From positions 512,001 through 576,000 of the forward strand of contig CAVWCF010000001.1 in NCBI GenBank assembly GCA_963753435.1: a stretch of 64,000 nt of DNA. The letters run 5' to 3'. The notes beneath the pieces are model-generated. The model ran no database searches and was not told where the DNA came from. It saw only the letters and a list, made by a program, of their open reading frames with translations. Origin of the DNA: an uncultured Actinomycetota bacterium. Lineage in GTDB: Bacteria; Actinomycetota; Actinomycetes; CAVWCF01. Shown piece after piece: positions 1 through 10,445 of this stretch (its first letter is position 1; every line of letters begins with the position of its first letter). The position numbers and the translations under genes are program-made.

Positions 1-19
1 TACCGGCAGTTCAGCCCGG

Positions 20-355
20 CTACTCCTCCTGCTTGCGCAGTTCCGCCTCGAACCGGGACTCAATGGCGGAGACCTCGAATCCGAGAGCACGGGCGATGTT
101 GCCGCTGGCCGAAACGGCCCGCGCGCTTCCGGCGATCGGCGCGACCGCGATCAGCACGCCCTCAACGTCCTCCAGGGTGATCCCCACATCCCTGGCTGTT
201 TCGGCGTTGGCCAGGTAGGACACCGGAGCCGCACCAATGGCGGCCAGCGCGGCGATCCGGACAAGCATCAACTCACGAGGCGGCAGTTCGCACGCCTTCA
301 GCGATGACCAAGTCATCGAGGCCAGCACATCCAACAGCGGTGTCTCGTCTGCCAT
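20..355 (-). CDS. carboxymuconolactone decarboxylase (CMD/AhpD-like) family protein
   Basis: ORF MADETPLLDVLASMT...RELMLVRIAALAA...VLIAVAPIAG resembles actinobacterial CMD-like proteins; AGGAG SD at 361-365. Confidence 0.7.
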   Translation of the reverse strand: MADETPLLDVLASMTWSSLKACELPPRELMLVRIAALAAIGAAPVSYLANAETARDVGITLEDVEGVLIAVAPIAGSARAVSASGNIARALGFEVSAIESRFEAELRKQEE

Positions 356-518
356 CGGCACTCCTAGGTCGCGGAAAGGCACCGGGGGGATCCGGCACGG
401 CCGAGCCTAGGGCGAACGAGGCGAATCGTGATGCAGCGCGGCGTCGGCGTCGGGATCTGGGAATGCCGTTGACGCCGGTAGTTGCCAAGAGGAGAGTGAA
501 CATTCGCAACATCTACGG

Positions 519-890
519 ATGGAGAACGTTGTGGCTTCCCTGGCAAAGCAGAACATGGCGGATCCGAACGAAACCCGGCCCTTCGCGGCCAACGGCAAAG
601 TGGACGTAGTCACCCTCGGCGACTTCACTCTCGGCAAAGGGGTCTTCGAGGCTGGGTGGCGATGGTCAACGGATGTGAAGCCAATCGCCGGTACCGACAG
701 TTGCATGGCCGAGCACAGCGGCATCTGCGTTTCCGGCAGCATGACCGTCCGAATGGACGACGGCACTGAAGCGACGGTGTCGGCCGGAGACGTTTTCACC
801 ATTCCCGGCGGGCACGACGCCTGGACGGTCGGCGACGAGGCCTGCGTGCTCTACGACACCGGCGTCGCCCGCTACGCCAAACCGAGCTGA
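519..890 (+). CDS. cupin domain protein
   Basis: GWRWSTDVKP...C..EH.G.C.SG...IPGGHDAW cupin motifs; real start may be GTG 531. Confidence 0.85.
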   Translation: MENVVASLAKQNMADPNETRPFAANGKVDVVTLGDFTLGKGVFEAGWRWSTDVKPIAGTDSCMAEHSGICVSGSMTVRMDDGTEATVSAGDVFTIPGGHDAWTVGDEACVLYDTGVARYAKPS

Positions 891-925
891 GCTCCAGGCC
901 GCGTCCGCCGAACTAGCGTGCAGCT

Positions 926-1114
926 ATGAAAGAAGGCTCAAGGGCTTGGTATGCGCTCGTGTTCGTGCTGTCCGCGGCCGCCGGGTTCCTCTTCTACTGG
1001 CTCGTTGACGGTTTCGAGTTCAAGTGGGAGCAGTTGCTTGCTGCCCTGGTCTGGGGCGTGATCGGCTTGATCACCGCCGGCTACTTCCTCAGGAAGAACC
1101 GCCCCAGGGGATAG
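926..1114 (+). CDS. small two-helix membrane protein
   Basis: 62 aa, two hydrophobic segments; TAGCGT -10 six nt upstream of ATG (leaderless). Confidence 0.65.
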   Translation: MKEGSRAWYALVFVLSAAAGFLFYWLVDGFEFKWEQLLAALVWGVIGLITAGYFLRKNRPRG

Positions 1115-1132
1115 CACCCGGGAGCGTGCCAA

Positions 1133-2152
1133 TCACCTCGACTCGATGGTGGACCCGCCGGATGCGTCAGCGGTGACGTCGGTGGGGTTGCCGCCGTATC
1201 GGATCTTCGACGCCCCTGACGCTGTGGCGTCCAATGACGTTGTTGCGGTGACGTCCATCGTGCTGGCCCCATCGGCGCTGGCCATGACTGCCGACGCGTT
1301 GAAGCCAGCTAGGGAAACGGTCGAAGCCCCGCTCACCTCAGCATCCACAACATCCCCTGCGCCGGTTACCTCGATGGTGCTGGCACCGGAGGCGTCCACA
1401 GTGAGATTGTTGCTGTCCAGACGGAGGACGACCCGGCTGGCGCCACTGGCCTCGACAACGAACACGTCCGAGGCGAGTTGACCCTGACTAACCACGGTGG
1501 CGGCTCCGGAAGTGCTGATCGCCGACAAGGCCGAGTTGGGGACGGTGACTGTCGCTTCGAGGGTGACGTCGCGGTAGTTCCCCCGCAGACTCAGAGTGAG
1601 CGTTTCCCCGCTGACGGACGCCTGCACGGCATCGAGGAGGTTGTCGTCCGTGCGAACCACCACCCCAAACGCCTCCCCCGTCCTGATCTCCACGTCGAAG
1701 GAGGAATCGGCAGTAAGCCGACTGAACTCATTCACACTTGGCGTCACCGATTCGATCCGGCCTGAGCCGGCTTCCCAACCACCCACGGCATCCAACGTCG
1801 TCGAGACGAGAGATCCGAATGTCACTGCGAGCAGCAGGATGGCGGCTGGGATCAGTCCCAGAAAGCCAATGACTATGCCGGCGAGGGCGAACCCGTCGCC
1901 CGACTCCCTGGACGTGCGAATCTGAGACCGCGCCCGGAAACCAAAGATGATCGCAAGCACGCTCCCAACGCCAAGTGCCCAGAACACACTTAGTACGAAG
2001 GAGGCAATAGCCAGGCCGTTGGTCCCCGTCGCGGCAGCGATCTGGGGGTTTGCGTGCGCTCGCTGATCCGTCCAAGCGTTTCCATCCCAATACCGCTGGA
2101 CGCCCACCTGCTCGGGATCCGGGTACCAACCCGGAGGAATCAACTCAGACAT
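1133..2152 (-). CDS. DUF2510-DUF4190-GIN (DUF2807-like) membrane protein
   Basis: PPGWYPDP...RYWDGNAWT (DUF2510), TNGLAIAS...ALAGIVIG (DUF4190), repeated ASGAS beta-helix units; AGGAGG SD at 2157-2162. Confidence 0.75.
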   Translation of the reverse strand: MSELIPPGWYPDPEQVGVQRYWDGNAWTDQRAHANPQIAAATGTNGLAIASFVLSVFWALGVGSVLAIIFGFRARSQIRTSRESGDGFALAGIVIGFLGLIPAAILLLAVTFGSLVSTTLDAVGGWEAGSGRIESVTPSVNEFSRLTADSSFDVEIRTGEAFGVVVRTDDNLLDAVQASVSGETLTLSLRGNYRDVTLEATVTVPNSALSAISTSGAATVVSQGQLASDVFVVEASGASRVVLRLDSNNLTVDASGASTIEVTGAGDVVDAEVSGASTVSLAGFNASAVMASADGASTMDVTATTSLDATASGASKIRYGGNPTDVTADASGGSTIESR

Positions 2153-2417
2153 GAAACCTCCTTCGGCGACAGACAGCCGTCGCGTCTGGAGCACGCAAAC
2201 GAACTCCTGCGCCCTGGTTTCAGCATCGCCGGCGCGACCGACCGCACAAGGGAAGGAGGTCCCTTCCCACGTTTGTGCGGTCATGCATACGCGAACACGG
2301 CACTGCCAATACCACTTCTGTCCGCTTCCTTCGGGCGAAACCGGTCGAGGCCGCCTTACGCCTCACCGATGGGACTGTGCTTGTCGCTTGGGGCGTCAGA
2401 GGGCCCGGGGTCCGCCG

Positions 2418-3458
2418 TCAAATGTCGTCCACGACAACATTGTTTCCGAGGATCCGGGTGGCCGACCAGCCGTGCCCGACCTGGGTGTACCCGGAGTAGA
2501 ACAGGCCGTATCCATTGCCGCGATACAACAGCAAAGCCCCCGACTGGGTACGTGCGATCACATCGGTGCGGCCGTCTCCGCTGAAGTCCCCGACTCCAAC
2601 TACTGCCGTCAACGCATCCCAGCTGTGCCCGATGAACTGCGGCCCCTCTGGGGCGAAGCCCCCGTCCCCATCTCCTGGGTACAGGCGCAGCCACCCGTCC
2701 CAGTAGGAGAGGTATGTCAGATCATTTGCCCCGTCGCCGTTGAAGTCGCCGACGCCGGCCAAGCCAGTGAAAGCACGCCAGCCGTAGCCGATCTGACGTG
2801 CCGAAAGCAGGCGACCTCGGCCGTTACCGGGCCAAAGCCAAAGAGTGTCGTCGGAAGCGCGTAGCCCCAAGAGGTCGTCATGACCGTCGCCAGTCCAGTC
2901 ACCTGGGGCGACGATCAGGCGGTAGGCATCCCATCCGGGACCCATTTGAATGCCACTCTTGACCCGCCCGGTTCCGTCCCCTTCGTAGGCCCACATGACA
3001 CCGCTCTTGATGGCCACTATGTCTAGGCCGCCGTTGGCGTCGACATCGCCAAACTGGGTGATCTTGTCGAAGCCGGACCAGCCGTGGCCGATCTTCTTCG
3101 AGGAGGTGAATCCCCCGTAACCGGTACCTGGATAGAGGTAGAGGCCACCGTCGGCGGCCACTCCCAGCACATCGTTGTTTCGATCACCGTTCCAGTCACG
3201 GGAGTACTGAGCCACGATCTGTGACGAGTCGGCTGCCAGCCAACTGGACTGGGTCACGCTCATCTTGAGCGCCGCAGGTCCAGCCTGACCGGTGTCCCCG
3301 ACCCAGACGTTTCCGTAAGCGGCCAGGCACAGCGCTAGAAGCACTAGAGCCAATGTCCGTCTTGATCTCGCCCCGTCGCCAGCATCTTGGCCTCGGGGCG
3401 ATGCCAGCGCTGTCATCAAGGCGCCAGCGACCAGGAGGAAGAGCGCAACGAGCAGCAT
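2418..3458 (-). CDS. FG-GAP/VCBS repeat protein with N-terminal membrane segments
   Basis: Repeated GD(F/W)xGDGxxD...LYPGxG...IGHGW units; AGGAGG SD upstream. Confidence 0.85.
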   Translation of the reverse strand: MLLVALFLLVAGALMTALASPRGQDAGDGARSRRTLALVLLALCLAAYGNVWVGDTGQAGPAALKMSVTQSSWLAADSSQIVAQYSRDWNGDRNNDVLGVAADGGLYLYPGTGYGGFTSSKKIGHGWSGFDKITQFGDVDANGGLDIVAIKSGVMWAYEGDGTGRVKSGIQMGPGWDAYRLIVAPGDWTGDGHDDLLGLRASDDTLWLWPGNGRGRLLSARQIGYGWRAFTGLAGVGDFNGDGANDLTYLSYWDGWLRLYPGDGDGGFAPEGPQFIGHSWDALTAVVGVGDFSGDGRTDVIARTQSGALLLYRGNGYGLFYSGYTQVGHGWSATRILGNNVVVDDI

Positions 3459-3602
3459 CTAGCCACCTCCTTGAGAGGCAGTTTCAGTGTGATGTGAGGC
3501 ACGTTGGAGTTGCAGGGTCGAAGGTCCAACACCAAACACGCGAAGTCGGCCGGCCAAGGCTGCGAGGCACCCTGAGGAGCTGTGCAGTTTGTTCCTGGCA
3601 GA

Positions 3603-3866
3603 TCAGGTTCGAGACATCCTCCAGGCAACCCAAGTGGCCAACCAGGCGGCAATCGCTAGGACGCTGAGGAAGCCCAGGATCAAGAGCACCGCAACGGACT
3701 CGCCGCCCACATACGACGACCACTGCTGTATCGCCGCCACCGCATTGATCCCGAGGACAACCGTTAGACCCGTGGCGATCACACCCAGGAGCCACATGAA
3801 CACCCGAGCCAGCCTGTGCTCCTTGGGGTGGTCACCCTCATGGTGAACCGGAGAATCAGTGGTCAT
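3603..3866 (-). CDS. small two-TM membrane protein
   Basis: MTTDSPVHH start with GGAGG SD; two hydrophobic helices. Confidence 0.6.
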   Translation of the reverse strand: MTTDSPVHHEGDHPKEHRLARVFMWLLGVIATGLTVVLGINAVAAIQQWSSYVGGESVAVLLILGFLSVLAIAAWLATWVAWRMSRT

Positions 3867-3950
3867 ATCAACCACCTCCGCCCACCACATTCCTCGCAAT
3901 TCAGGCTGAGTCAAGCGACCTTCGTCAGCCCATTCCAAATGGGAGCACGG

Positions 3951-3995
3951 TGAGCGCTGTCCAACGATCTACGTCGAATTGACGTCCGGCTACCC
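3951..3995. repeat. TGAGCGCTGT boundary motif, extended copy
   Basis: tgagcgctgtccaacgatctacgtcgaattga...ggctacc aligns with 5086-5135 tgagcgctgtgcatggatctatcttggactga...ggctacc. Confidence 0.65.
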
Positions 3996-4033
3996 GGCTC
4001 GACGCTGCCGAGCAATCCCCCGGCCAACTCTGA

Positions 4034-4420
4034 TCAGTCGATCAGCAGGCCAAGCAGCCACGGGCCGTAGTTGAGAAGCACGAACACCGCTGCACCGACG
4101 GCCCCCAACAGCATGGGGACCCGCCCCTGGGAATCGCCCGCCTGAACTGCCTTCCGGCCGAAGATGAAGCCAATGACGGGTGCGATCAATGTGATGGCAA
4201 CGGCCACGGACCCGGCTAGCAGGGCGACTCCCGCAGGCAGCCCCTCCAGGTTGTTCGGGTCATAACCTTGCGAGTCGATGATCCAACTCGACGCGAAGAT
4301 CCCAAGCGGGAGTGTCAAGGCTGTGCATACGAGCGCAACCCACGCCCAGCGTGTGTAACGGGAACCCAATGTCCCTTGGTCTGACGTGTGGATGGCCTCA
4401 CCTGGCGTCTTCTGCTTCAT
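4034..4420 (-). CDS. three-TM membrane protein
   Basis: SD GGAGGAGG; three hydrophobic segments; similar layout to the upstream neighbour. Confidence 0.7.
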   Translation of the reverse strand: MKQKTPGEAIHTSDQGTLGSRYTRWAWVALVCTALTLPLGIFASSWIIDSQGYDPNNLEGLPAGVALLAGSVAVAITLIAPVIGFIFGRKAVQAGDSQGRVPMLLGAVGAAVFVLLNYGPWLLGLLID

Positions 4421-4436
4421 CAGACACCTCCTCCGA

Positions 4437-4804
4437 CTAGAGCTGGTTCAGCGTCGTGACCACTATCAGCAGCCACAGGCTGGCGACGACGAGACCGTTG
4501 AGGGCGTGGCAACTACGGCAAGACCACCTTCACCCAGTCGGACCGCCTTCAGGCCGAACCACACGCCGAGATAGTTGGGCAGCGGAGCAACCAGGAGGCT
4601 GAGCACTACAACGAGCCAACCGATCAGCCCCTGCTCCGACATCGGTTCGGATCCTTCAAGGTCAGACAGTCCCAAGAGGACCACTGACAGCGCGAACGTG
4701 GCCACGAAACTGACCACGACCAACGGGAGCATTACCCACGACCAACGGGACCAGCGGGAACTCGACACCCTCGTCCCATCCAAAGTGTCCTGCGAAGTGT
4801 TCAT
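4437..4804 (-). pseudogene. three-TM membrane protein, frameshifted near 4506 (paralog-like to 4034-4420)
   Basis: ORF 4466-4804 loses hydrophobic character after LAVVA; the shifted frame continues ALNGLVVASLWLLIVVTTLNQL* ending at 4437. Confidence 0.6.
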
Positions 4805-4930
4805 TGGGCACCTCCTTACGAGCCCAATGTCTGTCGCAGGCGGATCCAGAACCAGAGGCGAAAGCCCACCCCGGCCTGACCTAGTTCGGTGACGTCGACG
4901 CGACTAGACCTTGCCCGCGCTACCTTGGAC

Positions 4931-5118
4931 TGAGCGCTGTGCGACCTAGCCGGTCGCCCCATCCGAGGATTCAAGACCCCCTGACCTGGGCCTTTGCCGG
5001 CAGGGTCGTGGCGACCTAGTCCAAATAGTCGCGCAGCAGGACCCCGCTGAGCGCTGTGCGTGAGCCCTTCTGAACGGGGATCCCGTGAGCGCTGTGCATG
5101 GATCTATCTTGGACTGAG
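4931..5118. repeat. three direct copies of TGAGCGCTGTGC (4931, 5048, 5086) plus a repeated CTAYCTTGGACTGAG
   Basis: Exact 12-mer seen three times; ctaccttggactgag (4920-4934) and ctatcttggactgag (5104-5118). Confidence 0.8.
5016..5042 (-). mobile_element. displaced copy of the sigA 3' end (putative att-like remnant)
   Basis: Encodes VL(L)RDYLD*; 17/21 nt identical to 6985-7005, and all four mismatches are synonymous. Confidence 0.6.
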
Positions 5119-5182
5119 ATCAGCTCCTGGCTACCGCCTACTGACCGTCGCCCACCAACCCTTGCCGTGGTCCAGGCGTGCC

Positions 5183-5835
5183 TCAGCCGAAACGCAGCGC
5201 AGCGATCAGGACCCGAGGGTCTGGGTAGTCCTCGCAGTACTGGTAGCGGTAGGCCAATCGCACGACGCCGTCCTGGCCGACTACGAATTCCCCAGGCATC
5301 TGCCAAGGCGAGTCGACGGATGCTCTATCGGTGCCGTGCCGCTCAGCTGCCAAGGACTGACCAGCTTCCAGCTCACAGGCGAGGAACTCGTCCGGGGCAT
5401 CGAACAGCACCTGAGCCGTCGATCCCTCCAGCAGATCGAAAGCTTCGTACGAGACGCGCTCCGGGTCACAAAGGATCGGGCAGGGAAGCCCGTGCAGAGA
5501 CCGGTAGCGCTCGGCCCGGACCGGTTCCCCCATCCCGACACGACGACACTTGCACCGGCTGCAACGTATCCGGGGAACTCCTCCCTCAACCGGGCGGCAC
5601 GATCAATACCGCAGGAGCAGCCAGCGTGCCGCCAGAACAACAGCAGGGCAGGACCGTCGGCCCAGAAGTCAGAGAGCCGACGCAAAGTCCCCGACTCATC
5701 CGGGAGTTCCGCGTCTGGGGCCAAGTCACCACGCTGCAGCGGGACCCGCTCCCACCGAGTCCGAACAGGTCCGGCCGCCCACGCCTCCAACCACTCAGCC
5801 TCAGCCGACGCAGTCAGGGCATCAAGCTCATGCAT
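5183..5835 (-). pseudogene. peroxiredoxin-like (AhpC/TSA) family protein, frameshifted near 5540
   Basis: GDLAPDAELPD...FWRHAGCSC (CxxC-like) in one frame, continuing MGEP...PGEFVVGQDGVVRLAY in another. Confidence 0.75.
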
Positions 5836-5904
5836 CCAGCCTCCCAACAATCGAGACCTCAACAACTCCAGACCACGATGTCAGGTCGGGCCGCGACACG
5901 GCCG

Positions 5905-6153
5905 CTAGGCCTTCAACCGTGCTCGGAGTTTCGAGCCGAGCCAGACCATCAGAAGGGCGATCCCGACGATGACTACCTGCACCGGCACGTAAGCCCAGTC
6001 TTCCGGCGGAGTTCGCTCGTCTTCAAGAACGAACACTGTTTGCACCAAGATGACTACCAACCAAATCGGTGCAAGCACGACCAAGGCCTTCTTGGTGAAC
6101 CCGAAGAACCAGCCGACGAGTAGGCCACCAAGGACCGCGGTGATCAGCGTCAT
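5905..6153 (-). CDS. small membrane protein
   Basis: MTLITAVLGG start 3 nt after the upstream stop; three hydrophobic segments. Confidence 0.65.
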   Translation of the reverse strand: MTLITAVLGGLLVGWFFGFTKKALVVLAPIWLVVILVQTVFVLEDERTPPEDWAYVPVQVVIVGIALLMVWLGSKLRARLKA

Positions 6154-6155
6154 GA

Positions 6156-6776
6156 TCAGACCACCTCGGCGGAACCATCTCGGGTGAACATGACCACGGC
6201 CAAGATCAGTTGCAGAATGAAGGTCAGCCCGACCCCAAGGATGAACAACGGACCCGACACACACAAAACCCCAACGAGGATGGAGATCCAGGCAATCCAC
6301 CCCGGCAACTTTTTGGTCCGGATCGAGGCGGTGCCCAGCGAAATGAAGTACACCGCTCCCGCAACGGCCAAAGGAACAGGGCTGAAGCTATCCAGGATGT
6401 TGAGGGCTTCAGCAGCGCTAGCGAAGCCGCTGTCGGATGCCGACAGCACGGCCACGTGGACGGTGACGGCTGAAGTCGTAGCCACCGCGAACAGCACACC
6501 GCCACCGAACACACCGTTGGCGAAGGCACGATCAGCCTCAGTAGAGCCGGTCAGGAGTTCACGCAAACGGCCGGCGAACAGCAGCCACAGCACGCCCGCA
6601 ACGGCCACCATGATCGTGGTGACGACCTGTTCGGTCTGGTTGGACTCGTAATACGCCACGACGTCGACACCTGGGGCGTCGGGCAGCGGAGAGTCGGAAC
6701 CAAAACCAAACACCGCGATCACAATCAGAACCGGCGCAAGAGCCCCACCCAAGTCCAACCACCGACGAGCATTCAC
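6156..6776 (-). CDS. multi-TM membrane protein (DUF4386-like)
   Basis: PDAPG.DVVAYY motif, LPGWIAW, about 6 TM helices. Confidence 0.65.
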   Translation of the reverse strand: MNARRWLDLGGALAPVLIVIAVFGFGSDSPLPDAPGVDVVAYYESNQTEQVVTTIMVAVAGVLWLLFAGRLRELLTGSTEADRAFANGVFGGGVLFAVATTSAVTVHVAVLSASDSGFASAAEALNILDSFSPVPLAVAGAVYFISLGTASIRTKKLPGWIAWISILVGVLCVSGPLFILGVGLTFILQLILAVVMFTRDGSAEVV

Positions 6777-6984
6777 GGCTGCTGTCCATCCCCTCGTAGG
6801 CCATCCAGACGAGGGCAGCGTAGGGACGTGAACCCTTGGCCGCAGTCGAATCGGAAGACACCGTCAACGGGCTGGGGGCGTAGCGCCCGCCAGTGGCAAC
6901 CACCTAAGCCTGCAAGCGCTGTCCTTAGGCTGGCTCTAGGCCGATGATTCGCTGGACTGCAGAAACGCCGAGACTTTCTGTCAC

Positions 6985-8505
<1,521 letters not shown>

Positions 8506-8619
8506 GGGCTGCCCTTCGGTCTCACGTTCGGGGACGCTGCCTTCGCCGGTCCTCGCGGGGACCGTCTGCAGCGGGAGGATGACATTGTAATCCGTACCCA
8601 GTGCTCCGCGGCGACCCGA

Positions 8620-9846
8620 TCAGTTGCGACGCACGGCCACGACCGTGGCGTCGTCGTTCGTCTGGGCGCCGGCCAGCGTGGTGCCCACCAATTCGTCCAG
8701 ATTCCCGTGGGCGGCGGCGACGATCCGCTCGACCACAGCGATGAGCTCTGGATCCGACGCCGTTGGCACGGTCTGGCCGGGCTGTTCGACGACCCCGTCG
8801 GTTACCGCCAGCAGCAGGTCCCCGGGGTGCAGGGGCACCTCGTAGGTCTCATAGGCCGGGGCCGGGACGCCGATGGGCGGGCCCACCGGGATGGGCAGGA
8901 TCTCCCACTGCCCGTTGTCCCGAACCAACAGCGGCGGCAGGTGGCCGGCCGAAGCGATCAGCGCCGATCCTTCGCCGGCCGGCACCAGGAGCAACAGCAG
9001 CGTGGCGAACCGGTCCAACGAGTCGGTGCCGAAGTGCAACTGGTCCAGCCGACCCAGCAATGTGCCCGGGTCGCGTTCGGTCAGCGCCAACGCCCGCAAC
9101 CCGATTCGCAACTGGCCCATGTCCGACGCCGCTCCCGGACCGTGACCCATGACGTCGCCGACAACCAGCAGGGCGCCGTCGGCGCCCAGTTCGATCGCGT
9201 CGAACCAGTCTCCGCCGACGTGCGCCGCACCACCGAATGCCGGTCGCGTCTGCGCGGCAATGTCCCAGCCGGGGATCTCCGGCAACGCCTTGGAACGCAG
9301 ACCCCGCTCCAGCGCCAGCAACGCCGACTCGTGCGCGTGGAAACGCTCACTGCGGCTGAGACTGATCGCACACTCCTCGGCCAGATCGAACACAAACTCC
9401 CGTTCGGGATCGGAGAGGGTCCGCGGCGCGTTGAACGCAAACCGCAGCACGCCAATCACTTCGACCTCACTGCGAACCGGCACGGCCGCCCACGCGGCCT
9501 CATCGCCACCGAGGATGCGGTCTGCCAGGACTGGGAACCGCTCCCGCAGACTGTCCGGGTCGCTCAGGAAGACCGCCTCCCCCACTGCTGCCGCGGTGGT
9601 GGGCCCGTCCTCGTCCAATCCCAGCTTCGGCGGGATGGTGGCGCCTTCGGGGCCCACCGTGACCACGCGCAACTCATGTCGCTGCTCGGGCGGGTCCCAC
9701 ATTGCGACGCCGGCCCAGGCCGCACCGAGAACTTGCCGCCCGACTCGGGCCACAACCTCGGCGATCTCGTCTGCGGTCAAGGTTGGCCGCAGTAGCCGAA
9801 CTGCCTCCAGCAAGGCCTTGGAGTTGGGGCCGTCTGCGTTGGCCAC
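8620..9846 (-). CDS. GAF + PP2C/SpoIIE-family phosphatase
   Basis: VGGDWFD, VGDVMGHG, SAGHLPP, TDGVVE, DDAT motifs. Confidence 0.9.
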   Translation of the reverse strand: MANADGPNSKALLEAVRLLRPTLTADEIAEVVARVGRQVLGAAWAGVAMWDPPEQRHELRVVTVGPEGATIPPKLGLDEDGPTTAAAVGEAVFLSDPDSLRERFPVLADRILGGDEAAWAAVPVRSEVEVIGVLRFAFNAPRTLSDPEREFVFDLAEECAISLSRSERFHAHESALLALERGLRSKALPEIPGWDIAAQTRPAFGGAAHVGGDWFDAIELGADGALLVVGDVMGHGPGAASDMGQLRIGLRALALTERDPGTLLGRLDQLHFGTDSLDRFATLLLLLVPAGEGSALIASAGHLPPLLVRDNGQWEILPIPVGPPIGVPAPAYETYEVPLHPGDLLLAVTDGVVEQPGQTVPTASDPELIAVVERIVAAAHGNLDELVGTTLAGAQTNDDATVVAVRRN

Positions 9847-9850
9847 CGGG

Positions 9851-10441
9851 CTACTTGCCGTCCTTGGCCGCCTGCTTCATCTTCTGCTTGAACGCGCGCA
9901 CCTTGGCCAACGACTCGGGGCCGGTCACATCCGCGATGCTGCGGTGCGAGCCGGCCTTGCCATAGTCACCGGTGGCCGCGCGCCATCCCGTGGGCTGCAC
10001 GTTGAGCTGCTTGCCCAGCAGTGCGGCAAAGATCTTGGCCTTCTGTGCGCCGAAGCCGGGCAGTGCTTGCAGCCTGGCCACCAGCGTCTTGCCGTCGGGT
10101 ACGTCCGCCCAGATCGCCGCCGCGTCGCCGTCGTACTCCGCTGCGATCACAGTCGCCAGCGCCTGGACCCGCTTTCCCATGGAACCGGGGAATCGGTGCA
10201 CCGCCGGGGGTCCGCTCATCACCTTGCCGAATTCATCCGGATCGGTTTCGGCGATGAGGCGGGCGTCCAGCCGCTTCGGCGTTCCCATGCGTTGGGCGAT
10301 TACCGCCGGCCCGCCGAAGGCACGCTCCATTGGGATCTGCTGATCCAGCAGCATGCCGACCAACAGCGCGAACGGGTCCCGCGACAGCAGCGCGTCGGCG
10401 GATTCGTCCAGCGCTAGGTGCAGCGCCGGCTTGCTCGGCAT
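9851..10441 (-). CDS. HhH-GPD-type base excision repair family protein
   Basis: DPFALLVGMLLDQQ, VHRFPGSM, LPGFGAQKAKIF. Confidence 0.9.
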   Translation of the reverse strand: MPSKPALHLALDESADALLSRDPFALLVGMLLDQQIPMERAFGGPAVIAQRMGTPKRLDARLIAETDPDEFGKVMSGPPAVHRFPGSMGKRVQALATVIAAEYDGDAAAIWADVPDGKTLVARLQALPGFGAQKAKIFAALLGKQLNVQPTGWRAATGDYGKAGSHRSIADVTGPESLAKVRAFKQKMKQAAKDGK

Positions 10442-10445
10442 CTAG

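Noticed and set aside
2330-2380. c-di-GMP-I riboswitch-like words (ggcgaaacc...gggac)
   Set aside because: Wrong strand for the downstream gene and lacks the GAAA tetraloop/receptor layout.
3330-3415. agcgctgt-like words inside the FG-GAP gene
   Set aside because: Within coding sequence and lacking the TGA/extended context; likely chance.
4931-5097. CRISPR array from the TGAGCGCTGTGC repeats
   Set aside because: Repeat is only 12 nt, spacers are 105 and 26 nt, and no cas genes are in the window.
5016-5306. 96-aa ORF ending in LRDYLD as a real sigma-like gene
   Set aside because: Overlaps the AhpC-like gene and repeat region; only the last residues resemble SigA.
1133-6984. Classical integron cassette array
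   Set aside because: No RYYYAAC/GTTRRRY attC boxes after the stop codons and no intI integrase seen.
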